From Opitutales bacterium (lineage in GTDB: Bacteria > Verrucomicrobiota > Verrucomicrobiia > Opitutales > Seribacteraceae), in contig JBJLCO010000032.1 in the NCBI GenBank assembly GCA_045567635.1, positions 9,222 to 73,221 of the forward strand: a stretch of 64,000 bases of DNA, in the 5' to 3' direction. Under the pieces are notes generated by a model, which was given only the letters and a program-made list of their open reading frames with translations, did not search any database and was not told where the DNA came from. Of this stretch, positions 40,743-50,140 are shown piece after piece. The position numbers and the translations under genes were made by a program. Numbering within the stretch: position 1 is the stretch's first letter; each line of letters starts with the position of its first letter.

Positions 40743-41352
40743 TTAGCTTAGTTCTTTTGCATCCAGCCACTCCACCAACTTGGTGAGGGCTCGGGCCCGG
40801 TGACTAATTTTGGCTTTCTCTTCGGAAGGAATTTCCGCAAAGGTAAACACACTTTCCACCGGATGAAAAAGCGGGTCGTACCCAAATCCACCCGTTCCCT
40901 TCCTCTCCTCCAACAAAGTCCCCTCACAGTTACCGGAAAAGGTTTCCTCCACACCTTCCCCAACCAGGGCAAGAACGCAGCGGAAGCGCCCTCCCCCGTT
41001 CCCTGGCAGGTACTCCCTCCAGTTCAGCAAGCACTTTATCATTATTGGCTTCGTCATCACACTCCGGACCGGCGTAGCGGGCCGAAATCACCCCCGGCCG
41101 GCCATCAAGAGCGTCGATCTCAATCCCACTGTCATCAGCCAGATACCACGCGTCTGTCGGCCCCACTTCCCTCAGGCCATGGGCTTTAAGGAGGGCGTTG
41201 GCCTCAAATGTGGATCCCGTTTCCTCGACCTCAGGCATCCCTCCGGCTTGATCAGGACCGCAGACGCGAACGGGAAGACAAGCCAAATCCAGAGCGGTTT
41301 GCAGTTCTTTAAGTTTGTGGGCATTGCCCGAGGCAAGGAATAGTGTTTTCAT
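40743..41352 (-). pseudogene. rdgB: RdgB/HAM1 non-canonical purine NTP pyrophosphatase, +1 frameshift in a G5 run (coding strand)
   Basis: N-terminus [17 protein letters not shown]. The C-terminal part RFRCVLALVGEGVEETFSGNCEGTLL..GTGGFGYDPLF..KISHRARAL is in the adjacent frame. The switch is at the C5 run on the plus strand, 40993-40997. Confidence 0.85.
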
Positions 41353-42455
41353 AAAAATCCGTGATTGAGCCGGTCTGTGGCGAGAATTTGCTCGATCGGT
41401 TCGTTGAGTGGGTACTGATCCAATTCGGGGGCCGCCAACGCATCGGGCTGATCAAATGCTTTCGGCGAACGGTAGCGAAAGAGGTAGTCAATTTCCCCCG
41501 CCTCCAAGAGAGAACGGGCCAGCGTGGGTCCGCCCTCACAGTAAACCGAATTTAATTCAAGTTTTTTCAGCACGGTGCGAAGGGATTGGGGAAGGAGTTG
41601 CCCCTCTGTGTCCAATTCTCCCTCCACGAGTTGAACTCCGAGTTTCTCCGCACGTTGTACCTGCAAACTGTTTTTAAGACCGCTCGCAGTCACAATAATA
41701 GTATGATCCGCAAATTGATCAGAATAAAGTTTGCGGGGAGTAACCTCCGGGGCCAGGGTGGACAGGGTGCTGTCCAACACCAGGCGAATCGGACACCAAG
41801 TCTCGCGTCCCTTTCGTGCGGTCAGAGACGGATTATCGGCCAGTACGGTGCCCGAGCCCACGCAGATTGCCGGAAAAAGCCGACGCCAGTTCATCATATC
41901 GGCCCGTGCCTCGGCTTCGGTTACCCGGCTCGGATACCCCGCCCGTTCCGCGACCATCCCGTTCGCGGTCGCCGCTATCTTCAGGGCAATCAGGGGCTCA
42001 CCCGTCATGATTTGATGATTAAAAATGAAATTTAACCGGGTGAAACGGACCTGGAAATTTTTCGGGGCCAGTGTTACTTCAATCCCTGCTTTCTCCAAGA
42101 TTTTCAGCCCGCGTCCTGAATGTTCGGGATTGGGGTCAGAGCAACCCACGAGGACATGCTTTATTCCAGACTGAACAATCGCACCGGTACAGGGAGGGGT
42201 TCGTCCGTGTGTCGAACACGGCTCGAGACTGACAAAAAGGACCGCATTTTTTTGCGGCTTTCGCCCGAGGGCATTCAGAGCCACGGTCTCCGCGTGTCCC
42301 CCGCCCGCCCGTTGATGGTATCCCTCCGCCACCACCTCGCCGTCTTCTACAATCAGGGCACCAACCATCGGATTGGGATGGGTTTGCCCCCACCCCTTTT
42401 GGGCCAGGCTCAGAAGCCGTTCCCAGAGTTCATCACGATTTCTTAACTCAGGCAC
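41349..42455 (-). CDS. ribD: bifunctional riboflavin biosynthesis deaminase/reductase
   Basis: Deaminase motifs GGHAETVAL and [12 protein letters not shown], plus a reductase C-domain. GTG start. The stop overlaps the rdgB start as ATGA. Confidence 0.9.
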   Translation of the reverse strand: MPELRNRDELWERLLSLAQKGWGQTHPNPMVGALIVEDGEVVAEGYHQRAGGGHAETVALNALGRKPQKNAVLFVSLEPCSTHGRTPPCTGAIVQSGIKHVLVGCSDPNPEHSGRGLKILEKAGIEVTLAPKNFQVRFTRLNFIFNHQIMTGEPLIALKIAATANGMVAERAGYPSRVTEAEARADMMNWRRLFPAICVGSGTVLADNPSLTARKGRETWCPIRLVLDSTLSTLAPEVTPRKLYSDQFADHTIIVTASGLKNSLQVQRAEKLGVQLVEGELDTEGQLLPQSLRTVLKKLELNSVYCEGGPTLARSLLEAGEIDYLFRYRSPKAFDQPDALAAPELDQYPLNEPIEQILATDRLNHGFL

Positions 42456-43236
42456 GACTGAGAGAAAGGCCCACCGGGCAGTGATCGGAACCTTCTATGT
42501 CCGCTAAGATGTAGGCATCGCGGATGGAGGTGGAGAGATCATCAGAGACCACAAAATAGTCAATACGCCAACCCACATTGCGGGCACGGGCACCGGCGCG
42601 GTAGGGGACCACCAGGAATAAGCATTTTCCTGTTCCGGGTGGACATGACGAAAGGTGTCAATAAAGCCCTCGGCCAAAAGATTGGAAAAGCCCTCTCTTT
42701 CCTCGTCGGTAAATCCGGCACTGGTTCGGTTTGTTTTCGGATTGGCAAGGTCAATCTCACGATGCGCCACATTAAGATCCCCACAAAGAACCACGGGCTT
42801 GGACTGCCTTAAATCAATCAGATAATCCTTCAAATCGGGATCCCAGGAATCATAACGGTGAGGGAGGCGGGAGAGATCGCCTTTTGAATTGGGCACATAC
42901 ACATTAACTAGAAAAAAAACCGTCCATTTCAAAGGTGATCGTTCGCCCCTCACCCACATGTTTCCCGTCCGGAAAATCCTCTCGGATAGAAATAGGTTCC
43001 GTTTTGGAGAAAATAGCGGTTCCAGAATAACCCTTTTTCTCCGCGAGGTGGTAGTGCCTGAACGGATATCCAAAATCGTCTTCTGGAATCACAGCTTCAT
43101 TTAATTTCACCTCCTGCAGACAGAGGAAGTCCGGATTCTTATCTGCCACAAATTGATCAAATGTTTTTTTGCGACAGGCACGCAATCCGTTTACATTCCA
43201 TGATATTATCTCAAAATTTGATTTTTGTGTACTCAT
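42448..43236 (-). pseudogene. xth: exodeoxyribonuclease III, two frame breaks in homopolymers
   Basis: ISWNVNGLRACRKK..FLCLQEVK, then after the T8 run (coding strand; plus-strand A8 at 42912-42919) FLVNVYVPNS..VLCGDLNVAHREIDL. After the C4 run (plus-strand G4 at 42604-42607) [30 protein letters not shown]. The inferred stop at 42448-42450 overlaps the ribD GTG (GTGCCTGA). Confidence 0.85.
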
Positions 43237-43332
43237 TAAAAATTATTTTTTCTAAACATAAGGTTGGCATTCGGTCGGGAATCTACTACCGATGATATTC
43301 TTTACGCAACACTACAAGAAAAAGAAATTAAC

Positions 43333-43893
43333 ATGGCATCTCCAACGGACATTCGAAAAGGACGGGTATTGGATTACCAAGGGGCTCCCCATCTGGTACT
43401 TGAAATGCAACATCGCACCCAGGGCAGACAGGCGGGCTTTGTTCAAACCACCCTCCGTAACTTACAAAGCGGTTCTACCACCACGACTAAATTCCGCTCG
43501 ACTGATAATGTCGAGTTCATGCACACCACCACGCAAAAACTTGAGTACAGTTACAAGGATGCGGAGGGTCACCACTTCATGGATCTTGAAACCTATGAGG
43601 ACACGGTTCTTCCCAGTGAAGTGATTGGAGAGGATGACTATTTCCTCGTCGAAGGAAACACTTACGATATTTTACTGGTGGATGGAAAAGCAATCCGTCT
43701 GGAACTGCCTGCCTCGGTGGAGGCCAATGTCATTGAGGCACCTGAAGCCTTACGGGGAGACACCGCAGGAAATGTCCTCAAACCGGTGACGATTTCTTCG
43801 GGAATCACCATTCAGGTCCCACTGTTTATTAAAAAGGACGATGTCATTAAAATAAGCACCAGTGACCGTTCTTATCTGGGGCGGGTGAACTAA
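43333..43893 (+). CDS. efp: elongation factor P (Arg32 type)
   Basis: MASPTDIRKGRVLDYQGAPHLVLEMQHRTQGRQAGFVQTTLRNLQSG.. is the EF-P KOW-like N-domain. The start is at the internal ATG 43333 of ORF 43264..43893. Confidence 0.92.
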   Translation: MASPTDIRKGRVLDYQGAPHLVLEMQHRTQGRQAGFVQTTLRNLQSGSTTTTKFRSTDNVEFMHTTTQKLEYSYKDAEGHHFMDLETYEDTVLPSEVIGEDDYFLVEGNTYDILLVDGKAIRLELPASVEANVIEAPEALRGDTAGNVLKPVTISSGITIQVPLFIKKDDVIKISTSDRSYLGRVN

Positions 43894-43921
43894 AAAAAAC
43901 GCCTTTCCGAGGAAAGGCGTT
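43892..43921 (-). terminator. intrinsic terminator for the minus-strand phosphorylase-family gene (the hairpin also lies just after the efp stop)
   Basis: acgcctttcc-ga-ggaaaggcgt is a 9-11 bp GC-rich stem at 43898-43921. On the minus strand it is followed by a U8 tract (plus-strand A8 at 43892-43899). On the plus strand only tt follows. Confidence 0.7.
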
Positions 43922-43944
43922 CAGTCAAATTATTTGAACCGTCC

Positions 43945-45273
43945 TTATGCAACCCGTTCAACTACCAGAGGTGCGGGGTTAGGACGCTTGGGGGCAAGAC
44001 GATAGGCGGCTTTGAAGTACTCCATGGCCACACTCAAACGTTTCTCGTCATTATAATGAATAACCATAAGAGGTTCACCCTGTTTCATCTGAGTACCAAC
44101 CTTACAAAGTTCAGCCACTCCTGATGCGGGATCAAATTTCTTTCCTTCCCCGTGCGCCAGAATCTGAACGCCACGGGCAAGCTGGCCGGCGTCAATCGTA
44201 TGAACATAGCCTCGTTTGGGGGCGGGAAGTTTCTTGGTGTGCTTGGCAACCGGAAGCTTTTCAGGGTTATCAATTACCCGACTGTCTCCCCCCTGATACT
44301 CCACGACTTCCTTCAATTTCTCAAGAGCAGTGCCATCCTCGAGATGTTTTCGCACCGTCTGTTTAGCTGATAAAGTGGAACCGGCCACTCCGGCAAGGCG
44401 GACAATTTCCATCCCCAGCTTCATCACCAAATCCTGCAAATCCTCAGGACCTTCGCCCTTGAGCAGTTCGATTGCTTCCTTTAATTCAAGGGAAGCACCC
44501 ACACAGGACCCGAGAGGTTGATTCACATCAGTCACCAGGGCGACACACCTTCTTTTCAAAGTTCTTCCCACACGGGTGAGTGAACGGGCCAGTTGTTTGG
44601 CGTCTTCCGCACTTTTAATAAAAGAACCCTTGCCCCACTTGACATCAACCACCACTCCTTCCGCACCTGCGGCTAATTTACGGCTCAGTGTGCCTGCGGT
44701 GATAAAGGGGATGGATGGAATCGCACCGATCGTCTGGCGTAATTTATAAAGAATACCTTCCACGGGGGAAATCTCTTCATTTCGATCCGCGAACGAACAT
44801 CCCACTTTACGAACCTGAACCGCAAAATCCTCCAAACCAATCTTGGTGTTGATTTTGGGAATGGCGGCGAGTTTCTCGCAGTTGGAAGTAAGAAATTCTT
44901 CATCATCTCCGTTCATCAGTGGCATCGCCACGCCGGCTGCCGCCGCCAGGGGGCCAAGAACAAGAGTGGTTTTGTCTCCCACTCCGCCGGTGGAATATTT
45001 TTCAATTTTTGGGCGGGAAACATCAGACATTTCAATGACTTCCCCGGAGAGCATCATTTCCTCGGTAAAAAACGCGGTCTCCTGTGCGGACATCCCCTGA
45101 AAATAGATTGCCATTACCCAAGCAGCCTGTTGGTACTCAGGCATTTCCTCATCGAGAATGGAATCTACAAGGAATCGGATTTCTTCGTCAGTGAACTCGC
45201 CTCCGTCTCTTTTTTTCTCAATCAAATAGGAAAAGGATGGGGTGCTGTTTCTGGAATTTAAGGCTTTAGGCAT
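43945..45273 (-). CDS. thymidine/pyrimidine-nucleoside phosphorylase family protein, divergent (Gly-rich signature loop replaced)
   Basis: Family blocks are present: LIEKKRDGGEFTDEEIRFLV, KYSTGGVGDKTTLVLGPLAAAAG, YKLRQTIGAIPSIPFITAGTLSRKLA, VVVDVKWGKGSF. The expected [16 protein letters not shown] reads NGDDEEFLTSNCEKLA instead. Confidence 0.8.
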   Translation of the reverse strand: MPKALNSRNSTPSFSYLIEKKRDGGEFTDEEIRFLVDSILDEEMPEYQQAAWVMAIYFQGMSAQETAFFTEEMMLSGEVIEMSDVSRPKIEKYSTGGVGDKTTLVLGPLAAAAGVAMPLMNGDDEEFLTSNCEKLAAIPKINTKIGLEDFAVQVRKVGCSFADRNEEISPVEGILYKLRQTIGAIPSIPFITAGTLSRKLAAGAEGVVVDVKWGKGSFIKSAEDAKQLARSLTRVGRTLKRRCVALVTDVNQPLGSCVGASLELKEAIELLKGEGPEDLQDLVMKLGMEIVRLAGVAGSTLSAKQTVRKHLEDGTALEKLKEVVEYQGGDSRVIDNPEKLPVAKHTKKLPAPKRGYVHTIDAGQLARGVQILAHGEGKKFDPASGVAELCKVGTQMKQGEPLMVIHYNDEKRLSVAMEYFKAAYRLAPKRPNPAPLVVERVA

Positions 45274-45409
45274 AATAATTGTCCTTCTGCTATTGTGGGT
45301 GTATGAAAGATTGCAAAGTCAATTACTTAAACAATTAGTTCAAATATGTCGAGCCTTTTGTTCCAAGTGGTACTTGACGCCTTGCTGTAATCTGCTTGGA
45401 TATCGCACC

Positions 45410-47155
45410 ATGTTTATAGAATTTGATTCCGGCGAGGCAATTGAGCGGGTAATACGGGCAACAACCGTTGAACACGAAGACTTTGGCTCTGAATTCGAAC
45501 CGCAAGTTCGTCCAGCAGACGAGAGATTTGGTGACTTTCAGGCCAACGGAGTCCTACCCTTTGCTAAAAAAGCACAGCTTAATCCGCGTGAACTTGCCCA
45601 AAAACTGATCGACTCTCTTCCTCAAACCGACCTTTGGGAAACCTCCATTGCCGGCCCCGGATTTATCAACTTTAGGCTGTCCTCCTCCTATCTCAAACAA
45701 TGGACCGAAAAGTTTTCCGATTCCGAAAAAATGCGTGATGCCGCCAAGGAAGCAAATCCGTGCAAAGTGGTGGTGGATTTCTCTTCCCCTAACACAGCCA
45801 AGCAAATGCATGTTGGACATATTCGTTCCACCATCATAGGGGAAAGCCTGGCTCGGCTGCTCAGTTTCCTTGGGCACCAAGTGATCCGAGATAATCACCT
45901 CGGGGATTGGGGTACTCAATTTGGAATTCTGCTCTATGCAATCAAACGGGAAAAAGTATCCCTTGATGAGCTCGGCCCCGATCCGATTGCACGATTGGAA
46001 AATCTTTACCGGCAGGGAAATTCATTGATTAAAGAAAACGAGGACCATCTCAAACAGGCAAGGGAGGAATTGGTCAAACTGCAAAACGGACATCCTGATA
46101 ATTTGGCCCTGTGGAAAAAGATTAAGGAAATCAGTATGGATTCTTTTGAGTCGATTTACGATCTGCTCGATGTCCGTTTCGATCATTCCCTGGGGGAAAG
46201 TTTCTACAAGGACAAGGTGGACTCGGTTTGTGATGAACTGCTCAAGCATAAAATCTGCGGTGAGGACAAAGGGGCGTTAGTGGTCTTTCATCCCGGGCAC
46301 AAGCGGTTTTCCAAGCAACCTTTCATTATCAGAAAATCCGATGGAGCCAGTAATTATGCGACCACAGATCTTGCCACCGTGGAATTCAGAAAAAATGAAT
46401 GGAATGCGGATAAAATCATCTATGTCACGGACGGGCGGCAAAAGGATCATTTTGAGCAGCTCTTTCTGACCGCACAAAAATGGCATAGTGCCCGGGGCGA
46501 AGTCAGTCCGGAGATGAATCATGTTTGGTTCGGTACCATTTTGGGAGAGGACAACAAAGCAATCAAGACGCGTGACGGTGAACCGGTTAAACTGATCGAT
46601 CTCCTGAATGAAGCCATGACCAGAGCCCGGAAAATGGTCACGGAAAAAAACCCCGATCTGCCTGATCAGGAGGTGGAAAAAAGAGCCCGGATTATTGGGC
46701 TTGGTGCGGTGCGTTACGCCGATTTATCACAGGACCGAACCCTGGATTATGTTTTTTCCTGGGAAAAAATGCTCGCAATGCAGGGAAACACCGCCCCTTA
46801 TCTTCAGTATGCGGTAGCCCGGATTTATAGCCTATTCCGAAAAGTTAAAATTCTGCCCTCTGCCGTTCATGTCCCGGAATATCCGCCCACGACTGAATCA
46901 GAAAAAAAACTTGCCCGGAAACTTCTTTTCTTCCCCGGCGTGCTCTCGCAAACTGCCCGGGAATTAAAGCCCCATTTCCTGGGCACCTATTTGTATGAAC
47001 TTGCCACTGAATTTAGCTCATTCTACAACCAGAGTAAGGTCATGGTTGACGAACAGGAGATCAAGTCCCTGAGGCTTGTGCTATGTGCCCGAACACTGAG
47101 CATCCTGCAGACAGGGATGAATATACTCGGCATTGAGACGCTGGAAGAGATGTAA
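45410..47155 (+). CDS. argS: arginine--tRNA ligase
   Basis: FSSPNTAKQMHVGHIRSTIIGESLARLL (HIGH region), a DALR anticodon-binding C-terminus, and a terminal ..LGIETLEEM typical of ArgS. Start at the internal ATG 45410. Confidence 0.92.
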   Translation: MFIEFDSGEAIERVIRATTVEHEDFGSEFEPQVRPADERFGDFQANGVLPFAKKAQLNPRELAQKLIDSLPQTDLWETSIAGPGFINFRLSSSYLKQWTEKFSDSEKMRDAAKEANPCKVVVDFSSPNTAKQMHVGHIRSTIIGESLARLLSFLGHQVIRDNHLGDWGTQFGILLYAIKREKVSLDELGPDPIARLENLYRQGNSLIKENEDHLKQAREELVKLQNGHPDNLALWKKIKEISMDSFESIYDLLDVRFDHSLGESFYKDKVDSVCDELLKHKICGEDKGALVVFHPGHKRFSKQPFIIRKSDGASNYATTDLATVEFRKNEWNADKIIYVTDGRQKDHFEQLFLTAQKWHSARGEVSPEMNHVWFGTILGEDNKAIKTRDGEPVKLIDLLNEAMTRARKMVTEKNPDLPDQEVEKRARIIGLGAVRYADLSQDRTLDYVFSWEKMLAMQGNTAPYLQYAVARIYSLFRKVKILPSAVHVPEYPPTTESEKKLARKLLFFPGVLSQTARELKPHFLGTYLYELATEFSSFYNQSKVMVDEQEIKSLRLVLCARTLSILQTGMNILGIETLEEM

Positions 47156-47158
47156 ATC

Positions 47159-47698
47159 TCAGTATTTCAGGTATTCAATCAGCAGTGCTTCGGAACTGTA
47201 CATTTTCCATTTTTTACCGTCCCGTTTCATAGTATGTAACATTTTAACCCGGTTATCACGGAAAGCAGCATTCCCGGACAATTTTTGGGTAACCTGTAAC
47301 ACCTCCACTTTGGCTTCGTCTCCGTCAATCTCCTTCACTTCCAACTGTTGTATAGTGTATTTCAACTGAAGCCGTCCGAATATGTAGGTCATCATATCCT
47401 TGGAACTTTCCATTGTTGGGGATTCGGGGTGAATCGTACCCAGTGCCATGTTTATATTTCTTTTCGATACGGCAAAAATATTCGTCTTAATCACATCCTT
47501 AATTTCTTTCACCATAGCCGGATCCATTTTAACCTTCTCCGCCTCGGCGGGACCGGATGGAGCTTCAGGAACGGAAGAAGTGGTCGATGCACCCGGCAAA
47601 GAAGTGCCGGGGAGGTCCTGACCAAGCAGACAAGGTGAAATATAGGATAAGAACGGGGCCAAAAATAGGGGAAGAAAGGTTTTTGCTTTGAATGTCAT
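47159..47698 (-). CDS. hypothetical secreted protein (NTF2/SnoaL-like fold suspected)
   Basis: Signal peptide MTFKAKTFLPLFLAPFLSYISPCLLG, a Ser/Pro-rich linker, then about 120 aa of globular sequence. Family not recognised with confidence. Confidence 0.45.
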   Translation of the reverse strand: MTFKAKTFLPLFLAPFLSYISPCLLGQDLPGTSLPGASTTSSVPEAPSGPAEAEKVKMDPAMVKEIKDVIKTNIFAVSKRNINMALGTIHPESPTMESSKDMMTYIFGRLQLKYTIQQLEVKEIDGDEAKVEVLQVTQKLSGNAAFRDNRVKMLHTMKRDGKKWKMYSSEALLIEYLKY

Positions 47699-47832
47699 TT
47701 CTTTAAAGTCGTTTAATTTGAAAATTTTTCAATTCTAAAAATATAATAAGGTTTCCACAGATAACTGTAATCAATATGCTTTTCTTCCCCGATTCTGGAC
47801 AAAAATATATTTATTATTTCGGGACAAACTGT

Positions 47833-48687
47833 TTATTTAGCAGGAAGCAGGGGCACTTGAATCGAAAAATATTCACTGTCAACTTCCCCTCCCCATCCGT
47901 CCTTTCTGTAAACCAGACCGGTCAGGTATTTTTCATCTTTTTTAGCCCAGTCCGAACGCTCCAATCGTAATGTAAGTGAACCCTGCTCGCGGGTAAGAAA
48001 TTGATTGCCGTCGGAGCGGATCAAGCGGTTGGAGCAAAAAAATACAGGTCGTTCCTGATCTTTTTGTAATGAAAGATTTGGGGACTTCAAAACCAGTTCA
48101 ATAAAGCGACCTTGATCGGATGCAGAAACGATCCAATCATTACCTATTGGTTTTGGAATCAACTTTCTGAATTCGTCGAATTTTGTCCGCAAAGCCGAGT
48201 CAAAAACTTCTTCCTGCATGACCTCAACCTCCGCGGTTAAGTCTGCAAAACCTGGTTTGCACTGACGGGAACAGGCTAACCAGGACGCTTTTGCCTGAAC
48301 GGTAATTAAAGTGCCCACCTCCAAGTCTGGGGGTGCCTGAACTTTCGTCAAAAAAAGAGTCTCTCCGTAATTACCATTGGCACGAATCCTGGCCATTTTA
48401 ACTTTCTGCGGCAGACTGTACAATAATTCGCCTGCTGCAAAGCCCGGGGGTAGCCCCCATTGAATGGAAGGTGGAACGCCTACATCTCCGGGATGCTTCC
48501 AATAAGTGTGCCACCCTCTTTCTCTTATAATTCGCCATCCTATCCAAAATTCTTCCCCCGGAACTATTCCCTTTTGCTCAAAAACTAATTCCATTTGAAC
48601 AGGTCCAATTTTTTTCATGCCCATGCATGCAAAACCAAGGGCAAGTAAAAATAGAACTGTAAAAACTCTAGATTTTTTGTTTTTCAA
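47833..48687 (-). CDS. DsbD/ScsB N-terminal-domain-like thiol:disulfide interchange family protein
   Basis: Signal peptide. GWHTYWKHPGDVGVPPSIQW matches the GWH-x-YW-x-NPGD-x-G-x-P motif of this domain family. TTG start overlapping the upstream stop (TTGA). Confidence 0.5.
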   Translation of the reverse strand: MKNKKSRVFTVLFLLALGFACMGMKKIGPVQMELVFEQKGIVPGEEFWIGWRIIRERGWHTYWKHPGDVGVPPSIQWGLPPGFAAGELLYSLPQKVKMARIRANGNYGETLFLTKVQAPPDLEVGTLITVQAKASWLACSRQCKPGFADLTAEVEVMQEEVFDSALRTKFDEFRKLIPKPIGNDWIVSASDQGRFIELVLKSPNLSLQKDQERPVFFCSNRLIRSDGNQFLTREQGSLTLRLERSDWAKKDEKYLTGLVYRKDGWGGEVDSEYFSIQVPLLPAK

Positions 48688-48998
48688 CTGAACGATTTAC
48701 CGCATCCGCAGGTGGTTTGTGCATTAGGATTTCTTATTTCAAATCCCTTGCCACTCAAACCGTCGTCAAAATGAATTTCCGTACCCGAAAGATATTCCAC
48801 ACTTTCGCCGTCCACCGCAAATTGAACTCCCTGGCTTTCACCAAGCTTATCACTGGATTTAGGTAAATCCATTGACATTCCGTATTCGAATCCGGAACAT
48901 CCGCCGGGTTCAATAAATATGCGCAATAATTTTCCAGAATCCGCATTTTCAGACATTCTCACGATTTCTTTCGCAGCTTCTACTGTTAATGTAACCAT
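48684..48998 (-). CDS. HesB/IscA/ErpA-family iron-sulfur cluster insertion protein
   Basis: 104 aa with GGCSGFEYGM and the C-terminal CGCGKSF. Confidence 0.8.
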   Translation of the reverse strand: MVTLTVEAAKEIVRMSENADSGKLLRIFIEPGGCSGFEYGMSMDLPKSSDKLGESQGVQFAVDGESVEYLSGTEIHFDDGLSGKGFEIRNPNAQTTCGCGKSFS

Positions 48999-49143
48999 GC
49001 TCCAAGTCTAGCATTTATAGTGAACTTGTCAAATATAGCATTAATACAGCGTAAATTATGCCAAATAGAAAAATTACCCTTTATTTGTTGAGTATTTTCT
49101 TGAAATATCAACGGATCAATCTTAAGTTTCGAGCTAGAAATAT

Positions 49144-50124
49144 ATGAAACACATTTTTAACGAAGTACACTACGAACTTACCCGAAAAATTGCAGAGGGC
49201 GGAATGGGAATGGTTTATGAGGCAACACAAAAAGGAATTGGCGGGTTCCGCAAAGTGGTTGCAATTAAGCTTATTCGTGAAGAATACTCGGCCATTGAGG
49301 AATTTCGGAATAATTTTATCGGAGAAGCCAAACTCGTTGCCGACTTGATCCACACCAATATTGTCCAAACCTATCACTTAGGCAAAATCGGGGAACAATA
49401 TTTCATGACCATGGAATTTGTCACGGGATGGAATTTGGAGGAATTCCTTGATCGGCATATTGAAACGGAACAATACATCCCCGCAGACTTAGCCGTTTTT
49501 ATTGTGTCCCGGATTTGTCGGGGCTTGGGTTATGCACATCGCAAAAAAGACTCGCAGGGAAGACTCCTCGGAATTGTGCACCGGGATGTGAACCCCAAGA
49601 ACATTATGATTGCCCAGGAGGGTGATGTTAAACTGACTGACTTCGGAATCGCGAAGGCACTTGATTTAATGTACAACAAGGAGGGCGATGTAATTGCGGG
49701 TAAGGATGAGTATCTTTCACCGGAGCAGGCAAGATGCGAGGTGACTGATCATCGGGCCGATCTCTTCTGCTGCGGCATCGTAATGTCCGAACTTCTACTT
49801 GGTTACAACCTTTTCGAAGCATATGAGTCCGAGGACACGATCCGGAACATTCTCGAAATGGATATTCCCAAGTTTCAGGATATTCGTCCCGATATCGATA
49901 TTCGGCTTGATAAAATTCTGCAAACCTCACTCAAGCGTGCCCGTGAGGAAAGATACCAATCCTCCGAGGAGATGCTCACCGAATTGGAAAGTTTTATTTA
50001 CGGCGAGGGCTACGGGCCGACAAACGAAAAGCTGGCCGCTTATATCTATGATGTTTTTGGTGAGGACGGGGAAAATGCCGCCTTACGCTGGCATCGGGGC
50101 GAAACCCGGTTTGCGGACAATTAA
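49144..50124 (+). CDS. Hanks-type Ser/Thr protein kinase, kinase domain only
   Basis: AEGGMGMVY (Gly loop), VAIKLI (Lys), [11 protein letters not shown] (catalytic loop variant), DFGIAK, YLSPEQ. No TM or sensor domain in the 326 aa. Confidence 0.85.
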   Translation: MKHIFNEVHYELTRKIAEGGMGMVYEATQKGIGGFRKVVAIKLIREEYSAIEEFRNNFIGEAKLVADLIHTNIVQTYHLGKIGEQYFMTMEFVTGWNLEEFLDRHIETEQYIPADLAVFIVSRICRGLGYAHRKKDSQGRLLGIVHRDVNPKNIMIAQEGDVKLTDFGIAKALDLMYNKEGDVIAGKDEYLSPEQARCEVTDHRADLFCCGIVMSELLLGYNLFEAYESEDTIRNILEMDIPKFQDIRPDIDIRLDKILQTSLKRAREERYQSSEEMLTELESFIYGEGYGPTNEKLAAYIYDVFGEDGENAALRWHRGETRFADN

Positions 50125-50140
50125 TTACTGATACTTCAAC

